64,000 nucleotides of DNA from Felis catus (taxonomy: Eukaryota): the NCBI RefSeq assembly GCF_018350175.1, contig NC_058368.1, forward strand, positions 84,136,001-84,200,000. The letters run 5' to 3'. Shown in pieces: positions 53,001-64,000 of this stretch. The notes under the pieces are model-generated. The model worked only from the letters and a program-made list of their open reading frames with translations, did no database searches and was not told the origin of the DNA. Position 1 is the first letter of the stretch, and each line of letters starts with the position of its first letter. The position numbers were made by a program, and so were the translations under genes.

Positions 53001-56000
53001 TTTCTATTTTTGGAACAGTTTGAGAAGAATAGGTGTTAACTCTTCCTTAATTGGTAGAATTCCCTTGGGAAGCCATCTCGCTTCCAGGACTCTTGTTTGT
53101 TGGGGGATTTTTGATTATTGATTAAATTTCTTTGCTAGTTATGGATCTCTTCAAATTGTCTATTTCTTCCTTTTTCAGTTTTGGTGGTTTGTGAGTTTCT
53201 ATGAATTTGTCCATTTCTTCCAGAGTGTCCAGTTTGTTGGCATATAATTTATCTTAGTATTCTTTTGTAATTTTTTATTTCTGTGGTGCGGGTTGTGATA
53301 TCTCCTCTTTCATTTGTGAGTTTATCTATTTGGGTCCTTTCTCTTTTTCTTTTGAGAAGTCTGGCTAGGGGTTATTCAATTTTGTTTATTCTTTCAAAGG
53401 ACCAGGTCTTGGTTTCATTCATCTGTTTTACTGTTTTTTGTTTGTTTGTTTGTTTGTTTGTTTCTATATTGTTTATTGCTGCTCTAATCTTTATTATTTC
53501 CCTTCTTTTGATGGTTTTAGGGTTTATTTGCTGACCCTTTTCTAGCTCTTTTAGATGTCAGGTTAGGTTGTGTATTGGGGACTTTTCTTCTTGAGATAGA
53601 CCTTGAGATAGGCAATATACTTTCCTCTTAGTACTGCTTTTGCTGCATTCCCAAGGGTTTGGACTGTCATATTTTCATTTTCATTTGCTTCCATGTATTT
53701 TATTTTTCTTCTTTAATTTCCTGGTTAACCTACTCATTATTTAAGTTGGGTGTTCTTTAACCTCCATGTATTTGAGGGGTTTACAAATTTTTCTCTTGTG
53801 GTTGACTTTAGGTTTCATAGAGCTGTGATCTGAAAATATGCATGGTTTGATCTCAATCTTTTTGTACTTGAGAGCTGTTTTGTGACCCTGTATGTGATCT
53901 ATTCTGGAGAATGTTCCATGTACACTCAAAAAGGATGTGTATTCTGCTGTTTCAGGGTGAAATGTTCTGAATATATCCATTGAGTATATATGGTCTGGTG
54001 TGTCATCCAAAGTCATTGTTTCTTTGTTGGTTTTCACTGTAGAAGATCTGTCCATTGATATAAATTGGGTGTTAAAATTCCCTACTATTATTGTATTGTT
54101 ATCAATGAGGGTTTTTTTTTATGTTTAATATTAGTTGATTTATATATTTGGGTTATTCCAAGTTGAGGGCATAAATATTTACAATTGGTACATCTCCTTG
54201 ATGGATAGACCCCTTAATTATGATATAATACCCTTCTTCATCTCTTGTTACAGTATTTGTTTAAAAGTGGTTTGTCTGATATAAGTATGACTACTCTGGC
54301 TTTCTATTGACATCCTTTAGCATGATAGATGGTTCTCCATTCCCTCACTTTCAATCTGTAGGCGTCTATAGATCTAAAATGCATCTCTTATAAGGAGAAT
54401 ATAGATGGATTTTTTTTTTGATCCTTTCTGATACCCTATCTCTTCTGATTGGAACATTTAGTCCATTTACATTTAGAGTGATTATGGAAAGACATGTGTT
54501 TAGTTCCATTATGTTACCTGTAGAGTTGCTGTTTCTGGTGATGTTGTCTGGTCCTTTCTAGTCTTTGTTGCTTTGGTCTTCTTTTTTCCTTTTTTTTTTT
54601 TTTTTTTCATTTTCTTCCTGAGGTAGACCTGTATTGGTATATACTTCCCTCTTATGAACACTTTTGCTGCATCCCAGGGTTTTTGTACTGTTGTGTTTTC
54701 ATTTTTGTTTGTTTCCATGTAATTTTTAATTTCTTCTTTAATTTCCTGGTTGACCCATTAATTCCTCAGTTGGATATTCTTTAACCTCCATGTTTTGTGG
54801 TCTTCCCAATTTTTTTTCTGTGATTGACTTCAAGTTTCAAAATATGCATGGTATGACATTCTGCTTGTACTTGTTGAGTCCTGATTTGTGCCCTAGTATG
54901 TGATCTAATCTGGGGAATGCCCCATGTGCCCTTGAAAAATATGTGTATTCTGCTGCTTTTGGATTAAATGTTCTGAATATATCTGTTAAGTACATCTGGT
55001 CCAGTGTGTCATTCAAAGTCATTGTTTCCTTACTGATTTTCTATTTAGATGATCTCTCCCTTTATGTGTGTGAGGTGTTAAAGTTCCCTTTGTTACTGTA
55101 TTATTATCAGAGAGGTCCTTTATGTTTGTTATTAACTGTTTTAGATATTTGGGTTCTCTCAAGCTGGGAGCATAATTATTTACTATTTTTAGACTTCTTG
55201 ATGGATAGACCCCTTTATTCTGATGTAGCGCCCTTTTTCATCTCTTGTTACAGTTTTTGTCTTAAAATTTGTTTTGTCTGATATAAGTATGGCTACTCTG
55301 GCTTTCTTTTGATACCATTTGCATGATAAATATTTTTCAATACCCTCATTTGAATTCAATCTACAGGTATCTTTAGATCTAAAATGAGTCTTTTGTAGGC
55401 AGCATATAGATTGGTCTTATCTTTTTCATGCATTCTGACACCCTATGGTGGTTTGTTTATTTGTGCTTTTGTTTTTTGAGGAAGTGAGAGAGAGAACGAG
55501 TGGGGAAGGGGCAGAGGGAGAGGAGAGAGCAAATCTTAAGCAGGCTCCACGCCCATCACAGAGGTCATTGTAGGGCTCTATCTTTGACCATGAGACCATG
55601 ACCTCAGCCAAAATCAAGAGTCAGACACTTAACCAAGTGAGCCACCCAGGTGTCCCAATTCTATGTGTTTTATTGGAGCATTAATCTATTTACATTCATA
55701 GTAAGTACTCATAGATATGAATTTAGTGCCATTTTATTACTTGTTTTGACATTATTTCTGAAGATTTTTCTTTTCCTTTCTAGTCTTTGTTGCTTTGGTC
55801 TTTCCCACTCAAATATTTCTCTTTATTATTTCCTGAAGGACTGGTTTAGTGGTCATGAACTGCTTTAGTTTTTGGTTGTCTGGGAAACTATCTTTCTTCT
55901 ATTCTGATGACAGCTTAACCAGATAGATTATTCTTGGCTGCATTTTTTTTTTTTCCCATTCAGCACATTGAATGTATTATGTCACTCTTTTCTGGACTTC

Positions 56001-58197
56001 CTAATTCCCATGGCTTGATCTGATGCTAACCTTATTTGTTTCCTCTTAGAAGTTAGGGAGTTCTTTTGTTTTGTAGCATTTAGGATTTTTTTCCTTATCT
56101 CTATATTTTACAAGGTAACTACAGTATGTCTTGCTGTTTGCCTGCTTTTGTTGATTTTGTTGAGAGTTCTCTGTGCCTCTTAGATTTGGATGTCTGTTTC
56201 CTTCCCTAGATTAGGGAATATTTCAGCTATCATTTGCTCAAATAAACCTTCTGCCCTCTTTTACCTCTCTTCTTTTCTGGGACTACTATGATACAATGTT
56301 ATTATGCCTTATAGAGTTGCTGAGTTCCCTAAGTCTACATTTGTAATCAAATATTTTTCTTTCTCTCTTCTTTTCATCTTCATTCTTTTCCATAATTTTA
56401 TTTTCTATGTCATTTATGCATTTCTCTGCTTATTCCATACTAGTGGTCATTACAGGTAGTCATTTTAGAATGTCAGTTCTTACATTTTCATTTTGGCCTG
56501 AGTAGTTTTTCAATCTTTTATTTCTGCAGTAAGTGACACTCTGGTGTCTTCTATGCTTTTCTCAAGTGCAGCTAGTATCCTTATGATTGTTGTTTTAAAT
56601 TCTGGGTCAGGTGTACTACTTTAATGTCTTTATTAGACCCCTGGCCATGACCTTTTCTTGTTCTTTCTTTTGGAGTGAATTCCTCTGTCAGCATTTTATC
56701 TAGGTCTCTGTCTTCTTCTGTGTGTTAGGAAAGCCTGTTGTGTTTCCTCCTCCTGAGAGTAATTGCTTGATAAGGAAGAGGTCATATAAGTTCCAGGGCC
56801 TGGTACTTCAGGAAGTGTCTCTGTTGTATGGTATGTGCACAGTATGTGCTGCTGTGTTTTAGTTGCTCTTTCCCTCAAGTCAGTAATCTGCAGAGTTTCT
56901 CCTTCTCTGCAGTGGGAAGTGTTGAACCTTGGCCAGAATGTGTCAAGTTTTAACTAGCTGTGCTTTGGTCTGCTTCTTAAAAGAGATGTGATGCTGTTTT
57001 CACAGGAGCTGAAGCTTTGCAGCACTCCGTGGTTAGTACACTTTGTGCATACTGGGAGTTTGTGCTTGTCTTCTGGTGTATGGGCCCTCTGCCCTGCTTC
57101 TCAGTCACACTTAAGAAATGCAGCCCCTGCAGAGCACAGGGGAGCAGAGTTTGATGCCACTGTTGGCATTGTGCTGATTAGTGAAGTTAGTTTAATCTGA
57201 GGGATGGGGGAAAGAATTGATGTCAGCCCCCTCTCTCATCCCTGGAGAGGGGATTTAATGCTTGTTGCTGTCTGGAAAATCCTCATAAAAGATTGAGCAA
57301 TCTCCTCTCATGTGTCTTAGGCATCCCTCACATCATTGCCTTCACCTTGTCTGTGTCTGGGCCTCTGGGTAGTGCAGTGCACCTTAGGGTCTCTCCCAGG
57401 CAGGCTGTCTGAGTTTTAAAACTCCAAACTTTAGGGACCTGGCATGGTAGGACCTACAGTGGTCCTCTGGGGGAGTGTCTTGCTGTACTGGGACTGATGC
57501 ATATTTGCCTCAGAATGGCATTTGCACCAAATTGCAGGGACATGGAGTTTGGAGTAAAGTGCAGCAAAGAGTCAGTGTCCAGATTAGCTGCCCTCAACTG
57601 GTGTTTCTGTGCCTATGCTGGGAGGTGGGGGAGGAAAATGGTACCCTCCAGGTCTTTTGTCCAAGGAGAGGTAATGCCACTTCTCCCAGATGTGCTCTTA
57701 TAAGAAGTTGGAACCATATTTCCCAGTATATGTCAGGTAATCCTCAGATTGTGCCACCTGCACTTCTGGAGTTGTCTTTTGCACTCCTCTCCACAGGAGC
57801 ACTCTCAGGGATCCCCACCAGCCATGCCAAAGACCTCTAAAACTCCAGTCTTAGAACCTTCTGACTGTAAAACTCAGAAAAACCAGCCCCTCTCATTTTC
57901 CCAGTCAGTGGTTTTGGGAAAGTGTTTTCCTTGTATGATCCCCTGGGCACTTGTCCCCGGCCCCCTCTCTCTTGTCCCTCTTCATGACCAGGGCTCCTTC
58001 CCCTCCACAGCACCCACAATCCATTTCTCCCCAATCCTTATCTCTGCACCTTTTACCTTCTACCTGGCAGTTTTTTCTGTCAGTCTTCAGATCAACTTGT
58101 TGGGTATTCAAAATGATTTGATATTTATCTAGCTGTGTTCAAGGAATGAGGCAAGCCTAGGGTCCTTATACTCTCCACCATCTTAACTCCTCTCCCC
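50062..58197 (-). mobile_element. Second near-full-length degenerate carnivore L1 (5'UTR at ~56700-58197), with a solo LTR, a SINE (~55455-55657) and a duplicated endonuclease region
   Basis: ORF 51987-52307 ([10 protein letters not shown]...[19 protein letters not shown]), endonuclease motifs, and a 5' end GGAGAGGAGTTAAGATGG on the minus strand. Confidence 0.9.
51280..51741. mobile_element. Solo LTR (462 bp) inserted in L1 ORF2
   Basis: T(A)TGGG...TCCACA termini; 6-bp TSD TGACTA/TGACCA; L1 text resumes on both sides. Confidence 0.75.
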
Positions 58198-58647
58198 ATT
58201 TTCTATCATGAAGCAAAGGATAAGTCTGTTCTTTCAGGAGGCCCTGACCTCACAGGGGCTTCCTCCTGGAATTCAGAGACTGCTCTCTAGCCCCATATTC
58301 TTACCCCTAGAATATGGTGATCGATTGACTGCCTCACTTATAACTGCTGTGCTCTCTTGGAGACATGATAATTGGTTATCTATATTGCTTATTATTCTTA
58401 GAGAAAGAAGTACATGGAAATATTAGAAATACTGGGAAATAATTAATTGAAGAATGAAAATAAAATATGGGAAAAAAGAATTGGGAAGATAGTGGGTAGA
58501 GATGAGAAGGATGCAGAGAAGAAAAAGAATAATAGGTTGTATCTATTAAGCATATACTGTGTACTGACACTATGCCAACCATTTTCAACTGGAACCATAG
58601 CTGAAGAGCATTTCTTGATACATAGAATCATTTACTCTATAACCCTT

Positions 58648-59322
58648 TGTTATGGGTTGAATTGTGTCCCCCACCAAAATTCATATGTTGAAGTCCTGAC
58701 CTCTAGTACCTCAGAATGTTGCTGTATTTGGAGACAGAGATTATTTGGATGAGGTCACTAGGGTGGGCCCTAATCAGTCAAAGTGGACTAGTACCCTCAT
58801 AAGAGAAGATTAAGACACAGATACTATCTTAGTCTGTCTGAACTGTTATAACAAAATAACACATACATGGTAGCTTATGAACAACAGATATTTATTTCCT
58901 ACAGTTCTGGAGCCTTGATGTCTGAGACCAAAGGACCAGATGATTCAATGTCTGGTGAGGATTCTCTTTCGGGTTCATAGACAGCCATCTTGCTGTGTCT
59001 TCACATAGTAGGAGGGATGAGGGAACTCTCTGGAGCCTCTTTTATAAGGGCACTAATGCTACCTCCTAATACGATTACTTTGATGTTAGAATTCAGATAT
59101 GAATTTGGGAATATGGTGCACAAACATCCAATCTGTTGCAGACACATACATTGTGAAGACACAATGAAAAGACAGCCAAAGAGAGACGCCTCAGAATAAA
59201 ACACCCCTGATGGCACCTTGGTTTCAGACTTCTAGCTTCTAGAACTGTGAAAAAATATATTTTTTGGTGTTGTTTAAGCCACCATGTTTGTGTTAGTTTG
59301 TTATGGCAGCCCAAGCTGACTG
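58648..59322 (+). mobile_element. MaLR LTR (MLT1A/B-like) with a second MaLR LTR nested in reverse (~58823-59140)
   Basis: Begins TGTTATGGGTTGAATTGTGTCCCC; ends TTTAAGCCACC...TTTGTTATGGCAGCCC. Confidence 0.8.
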
Positions 59323-60099
59323 TTTCTAGGATATGGTGATCAGTTAAGAGGCACTACAGCACAGAGAATAGGGCACAGTCTACAAATTGACCATTTGTTG
59401 CCACTTTTTCTCAATAAATTGTATGTGGTGATAACAGTAACACTGGCCCACTAGAGTTGCTATGACCTCTTCAGGAGTTGAATCAGTACAGAGTTCCCCA
59501 TTATTACACCAAGAGTTTCCTTACAAAAGGTCTCTTGTGCAAGTTCTATCTTAATATACTGCCTCTCTGGTATTTTGCTGCTGAACCATTTTCTAGCCTA
59601 CCATTTCCCAAATGGGGACTTGACTTGCATACACATTCCTTCTTCAAAACTTGCCTCAGTTTACCATATTTATATACCAGCATTGACTCTACCTCCTTTT
59701 TCCTCCCTAAGCTTTCTTTAATTGTTTGTGCTTAGAATCCCATGCAGTTACATGCAACCCTGTCATTGTTCTCTATGGATTAGCTTCTTATCCCTGAGGG
59801 AGGGGCCTGTGTTTATATCACTGTGCTGAGCACACAGTGGGAATGCACATGAAATATGAGGATAATGAGTCTTGGGCAGATAAACCCTATTCCCTGTGTT
59901 CTCAAAAGCCTAGGAAAGAGAAAGTAGAAGTAGGATTCAAGAGCCTGTACCTTACTCCCTGGAGAGAATCCCAAGGAGAAGTCAAGGCCACAATCCATCA
60001 ATATAGATTTCATGCGCAGACAGCCTTATAGAGTTCTGGGATGCAGCATCATGCAGACAACAGATTGCTTCCCAGAGGTAATCACTACATGTGGGGCTT

Positions 60100-60290
60100 T
60101 TGTTTTTTAAGTTTATTCATTTTGAGAGAAAGAGAACATGAGCTGGAGAGGGGCAGAGAGAGAGAGAGGGAGAGAGAAAGAATTCCAAGCAGGTTTTGCT
60201 CTGACAGTGTGGAGCCCAACATGGGACTCCATCTCACAAACCATGAGCCAAAATCAAGAGCCAGACTTTTAACCGACTGAGCCACCAAGA
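60100..60290 (-). mobile_element. Can-SINE
   Basis: Antisense SINE; ATGTGGG TSD-like repeat. Confidence 0.85.
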
Positions 60291-60958
60291 TGTATGTGGG
60301 GCATGCTTTTCTTTTATGTAACTTACTGCACCCTGTAGGAAACTGAATTTGGAGAATCAAGAGATACATCTGAGCAGACTACCAGGTCTCTCAGTTGTGT
60401 TCAGCACCACAAAGACATCATACAGTTTGGATCCTGTAAGGGCTCTTCCTGGCATTACATGAAGTATGGCTGTGACCACCCCTGAATTGTGAGGACACAG
60501 CCCTCTGGACTCCTGGTACACAAGCCTACCTCTTCTTTGGCATTTAGAATGAACTTCACAGATCACATCTGTCTGTATCCTTCATCCCAGACACATTCAC
60601 CCTGAGTACATGTTGTGTTTCCCAGGTAAGAGAGAGTCCATTATACTTGGGATTTTACAAGCTGTGGGAAAGGAACTTTCTGAGCCCGAATTGTTTATTT
60701 GAAAGCATTTTCCTTAGCAGTGGGCAATTAAGGGTCAACAGTGGAAACAGAATATTAGGAAAAAGGTGTGTTCTGGAGCAAGTGTGAGGGTATGGTTGAG
60801 TGACAAAGATGAGATTATAACAATTCTTAGAAATTCTGTCTCAATTTCCTTACTTGCTACTTGGGGTGAAGAAAGAACCCATTAGAGGAATGAATAAGAT
60901 TTTTTTAACCTAAAGTACTAACGAATGATTACACACATACTTAAGGAAGTATCAACAA

Positions 60959-60964
60959 TTTAAT
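60959..60964 (-). terminator. Candidate polyA signal (ATTAAA) of the minus-strand LU gene; alternative AATAAA at 60694-60699
   Basis: Hexamers located downstream of the last exon on the minus strand. Confidence 0.4.
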
Positions 60965-61115
60965 TCTGCATTGTCTTGGGAATGCTGGGGAGCGGAGTCA
61001 TCTGAGGACTCCAACCTTTTCAGGTTTGTAGGATTATGAGCTTGGTAACACTGGAAACTTCAAAGCAAGACTTGGAACAAGAAGGGATTATTCAAGATTG
61101 ATGAGGTGATGAACA

Positions 61116-61249
61116 TCAGCGGGGGTCTCCACCACTTTGTTCTACACAGTAGGTACGGATTTTTATGTTATTCAATATACTTATATTCTTCAAGTTGCAG
61201 GCAGTTTCAGTAGCACAACCCATGGCAAAAATCAAGAATATAGGGTTAT
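61116..61249 (-). CDS. RoBo-1/LYPD8-like gene, last exon (DNPIFLIFAMGCATETACNLKNISILNNIKIRTYCVEQSGGDPR*)
   Basis: Acceptor CTTTTGGCAG, in frame with the 62850 donor. AMGCATETACNLKN..ILNNIKI matches my recollection of rat RoBo-1. The hydrophobic tail continues to 61060 in a shifted frame. Confidence 0.85.
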
Positions 61250-62409
61250 CTGCCAAAAGAAAAATCCAGCAGTTAGTCTTTTTTCTCATCTTGTCTCCCC
61301 TTTTCAACTACATCCTATCCTATCTGCCTCTCTTGGATAAGAAAAGGATGCTCAGGATGCCCCAGAATCCCCTTTTGTCTTCTGTGAAAGAAGCAACAAC
61401 CACAGTTCCACCTCTGTCCAGGGACCAAGCCTATTTCCCTCTGCCTCCAGTATCTCCTCAATTTAAGAGGGATCCCAAAGGGTCCCCACCTGTCTCAGAT
61501 GCATGGCTGAGACTGGAGCCCCTGTGTCCTGACTAGGGAAGAGATGGCTGGAAGAAAGGAAGAAGGCTGAGATCAGAACTCATGTATTCAGCTAAAAAGT
61601 CCCTGTGGTAGCATTCTCCTTACTTTTGTTTCCTGGGGGAAAACAGAGGGAAGCAATGCAGATTCCTTTTGAGACAAGGTCCCTTTTCCCCAAGGCTATG
61701 AGTTCAATAGTTGTTATCACTGTGGAACCTCATCACTTGTCTGTGCTTTCCTTGACAAGTTGGAGTAGAGAGACTGCCTCACTTTCAGCAGCCCCATTGT
61801 TCCCCTGTATCCTTCATGACATCCCATTTTCCTTACTCATCTCCAGTTCACCTATGCAAGGGCCCCTTCATGTGATAGTCCCAGGCTCTATCTCAAAGTC
61901 TTCTCAAAAAAAAGCATAACCTACTTCCATTCTCACCATACTCTCTCTCCCACCATTTAATAAGCTTTTAAAATGCCACTAATTTCATGAAACCTTTTAC
62001 ATGATCAGTAAAGAAGTGACAATACACTTTCTGCATGGTCCAATACTAGGTTAATTTCCCAATTTCTATCTGAATAGTACATGTCCTTCTTATTACGAAT
62101 ATATACTTTCCTCCTACTCAGGAAAATGGTAAAAACTTCTGCAGATTTCAGAATCACATAATTCAAAAATTAAGTGCTTAATCATGGAGTTTTGGTAATA
62201 GCAATAATGGTAGTGATGATGAAAACCAGAACTGAGGGGCCATCCTCTTCATAGCCAATAGCTCAAGGTCCATTCCAGCAGATCATGATATGACATGTTC
62301 CCAAGTCTCAAATTCTGCTATAGGAAGAAGTTGTGTACTCTTCTCCTCCCCTCTCCTGTGCTTTCTTCCCCTCTTCTCTCTTCTCCTGACAGATAGCTCC
62401 CTCTAAACC

Positions 62410-62790
62410 TTGTAGGGATAGCCAGTACTTGATCCTGTATCAGCCTTTGCTGTACATGGTGGTCAGTCTCTAGGATGTCCTGAAATAGCTCCCATCTCCT
62501 AGTATTCATATCCTTGTGTAGTCTTCTCCCATGTTGTACCAAAGTTGATCTATGCAACCAAGACGATATGACAGAAGTGAAGAAATGTCACTTCTGAGAT
62601 TAGATTACTTTAAAACTGCAGTATCTCCTTCCTCCTTCCCTCTCCTCCTCTTCTCCCTCTCTCTGTCATCACTTGTTCTGGGGGAAGCTAGCTGATACAT
62701 GAGGACATCCAGGCAGCCCAGAGAGAGACCCATGTCAACAGGAACCAAGCCTGACAACCACATGGGACTAATGATGCAGCAATAGATAGC
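62410..62790 (+). mobile_element. MaLR MLT1-type LTR fragment in the intron of the minus-strand LU gene
   Basis: CAGAAGTGA...TGTCACTTCTGAGATTAG and GCAGCAATAGATA.CTAATACA motifs. Confidence 0.7.
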
Positions 62791-62849
62791 TAATACAGCT
62801 ATACCCTTTGATAAAATGAACACCAAAAACCCTGAGGATATATCCATAC

Positions 62850-62981
62850 CTATGCCAATAACTTCCACACACTTTGTCTCTGTACCAGTGCAGGTAAGAA
62901 GAACTGGGTCACAGGAAATGTCATGCACATTGTAGCAGGCAGAACATTTAATTCCATTGGGTTTTGAGGACTTCCGAGGCA
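62850..62981 (-). CDS. RoBo-1/LYPD8-like LU-domain gene, penultimate exon (VPRKSSKPNGIKCSACYNVHDISCDPVLLTCTGTETKCVEVIGI)
   Basis: Minus-strand acceptor TTTCTTCATTTAG and donor G|GTATGG; 132 nt, phase 1-1; PNGxxCxACY...CTGxExKC motif. Upstream exons are not visible in the window. Confidence 0.88.
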   Translation of the reverse strand, partial: CLGSPQNPMELNVLPATMCMTFPVTQFFLPALVQRQSVWKLLA

Positions 62982-63116
62982 CTAAATGAAGAAAGAAAAT
63001 TTTCATTTTAAGGACAGGAAAAAAGGAGCTGAGAGCATTATTACCACCCACGGTTATTCCAGGATTCCTCTACCCAAAATCAAAATGATTTAAAATTAGG
63101 ATACCATGGAGGGTGC

Positions 63117-63138
63117 GGGGGGGGGGGGGGGGGGGGGG
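63117..63138 (+). repeat. G22 homopolymer
   Basis: Direct reading. Confidence 0.9.
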
Positions 63139-63289
63139 AGAAGTATTAAGTGGGAATATATAGCCAAAAATAATCTTACAGAAATCTGGTTTATCTGCTT
63201 CTTTCATGAGATGGCCCTCTCTGCCCTGGCTGAAGAAAAAAATGCTTACATAATAGAAGATAATTTGTGATTTAAAAACTACTATTGAA

Positions 63290-63811
63290 GAATTATATGG
63301 TTTCAGATTTCACATTTAAGACCTTAATATATTTTTAGTTTATTTTTCTGTATGGTATAAAAGAGTGATCCAGTTTCATTCTTTTGCATGCAACTGTCCA
63401 GTTTTCCCAGCACATTTTTTTGAGAGACTGCTTTTTCCCCATTGTAAATTCTTGCCTTCTTTGTCATAGATTAATTGACCACATAAGTGTGGGCTTATTT
63501 CTCAGCTGTCTATTCTGTTCCATTGATCTATGTGTCTGGGATTTTTGTTTTGTTTTGTTTTTTGGGTTTTTTTCTGTTTGTTTGCTTTGTTTTGTTTTTC
63601 CAGTACCATACTGTTTTGATCACTGCAGCTATGTAGTGTATCTTGAAATCTGGGATTATGATATTTCCAGCTTTATTTCTTCTCAAGATTGCTTTGGCTA
63701 CTCAGAGTCTTTTGTGGTACAAATCTTAGTATTATTTGCTCTAGTTCTGTGAAAGATGTTGTGTTTTTATAGGGATTGCATATCTGTAGATTGCTTTGGG
63801 TAGTATGGACA
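63290..63811 (-). mobile_element. L1 ORF2 fragment
   Basis: Antisense L1 text (CCAGTTTCATTCTTTTGCATG, TTGACCACATA, GATTGCTTTGGGTAGTATGGAC). Confidence 0.85.
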
Positions 63812-64000
63812 TTTTTTTTTTAATTTTTTTTTTCAATGTTTATTTTTGGGACAGAGAGAGACAGAGCATGAACGGGGGAGGGGCAGAGAGAGAGGGAGAC
63901 ACAGAATCGGAAACAGGCTCCAGGCTCTGAGCCATCAGCCCAGAGCCTGACGCGGGGCTCGAACTCACGGACCGCGAGATCGTGACCTGGCTGAAGTCGG
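63812..64000 (-). mobile_element. Young SINEC_Fc-type SINE, truncated by the window edge
   Basis: Near-identical reverse complement of 31125-31337. Confidence 0.93.

Overview
Mammalian, repeat-dense genomic DNA, almost certainly from a felid: it carries young SINEC_Fc-type Can-SINEs and carnivore L1s. Two convergent Ly6/uPAR (LU, three-finger) genes are present. On the + strand is a complete 3-coding-exon gene (25674-25740, 38844-39020, 40811-41001). It encodes 144 aa: signal peptide, acidic linker, 8-Cys LU domain and GPI-type tail, most likely LYPD9. On the - strand are the last two exons of a RoBo-1/LYPD8-like gene (62850-62981, 61116-61249), whose hydrophobic C-terminal tail lies out of frame by one base in a C5 run. 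A GC-rich, nearly open 292-codon frame at 11839-12714 (-) looks like a decayed, unidentified gene. The rest is nested mobile DNA: a degenerate provirus with two LTRs and a tRNA-Leu PBS in the long LU-gene intron, three solo LTRs with TSDs, two head-to-tail near-full-length L1s between the LU genes, about 25 SINEs, MaLR LTRs, hAT MITEs, L2/MIR and microsatellites. Family names come from recollection of consensus sequences, not database searches, and repeat boundaries are approximate.
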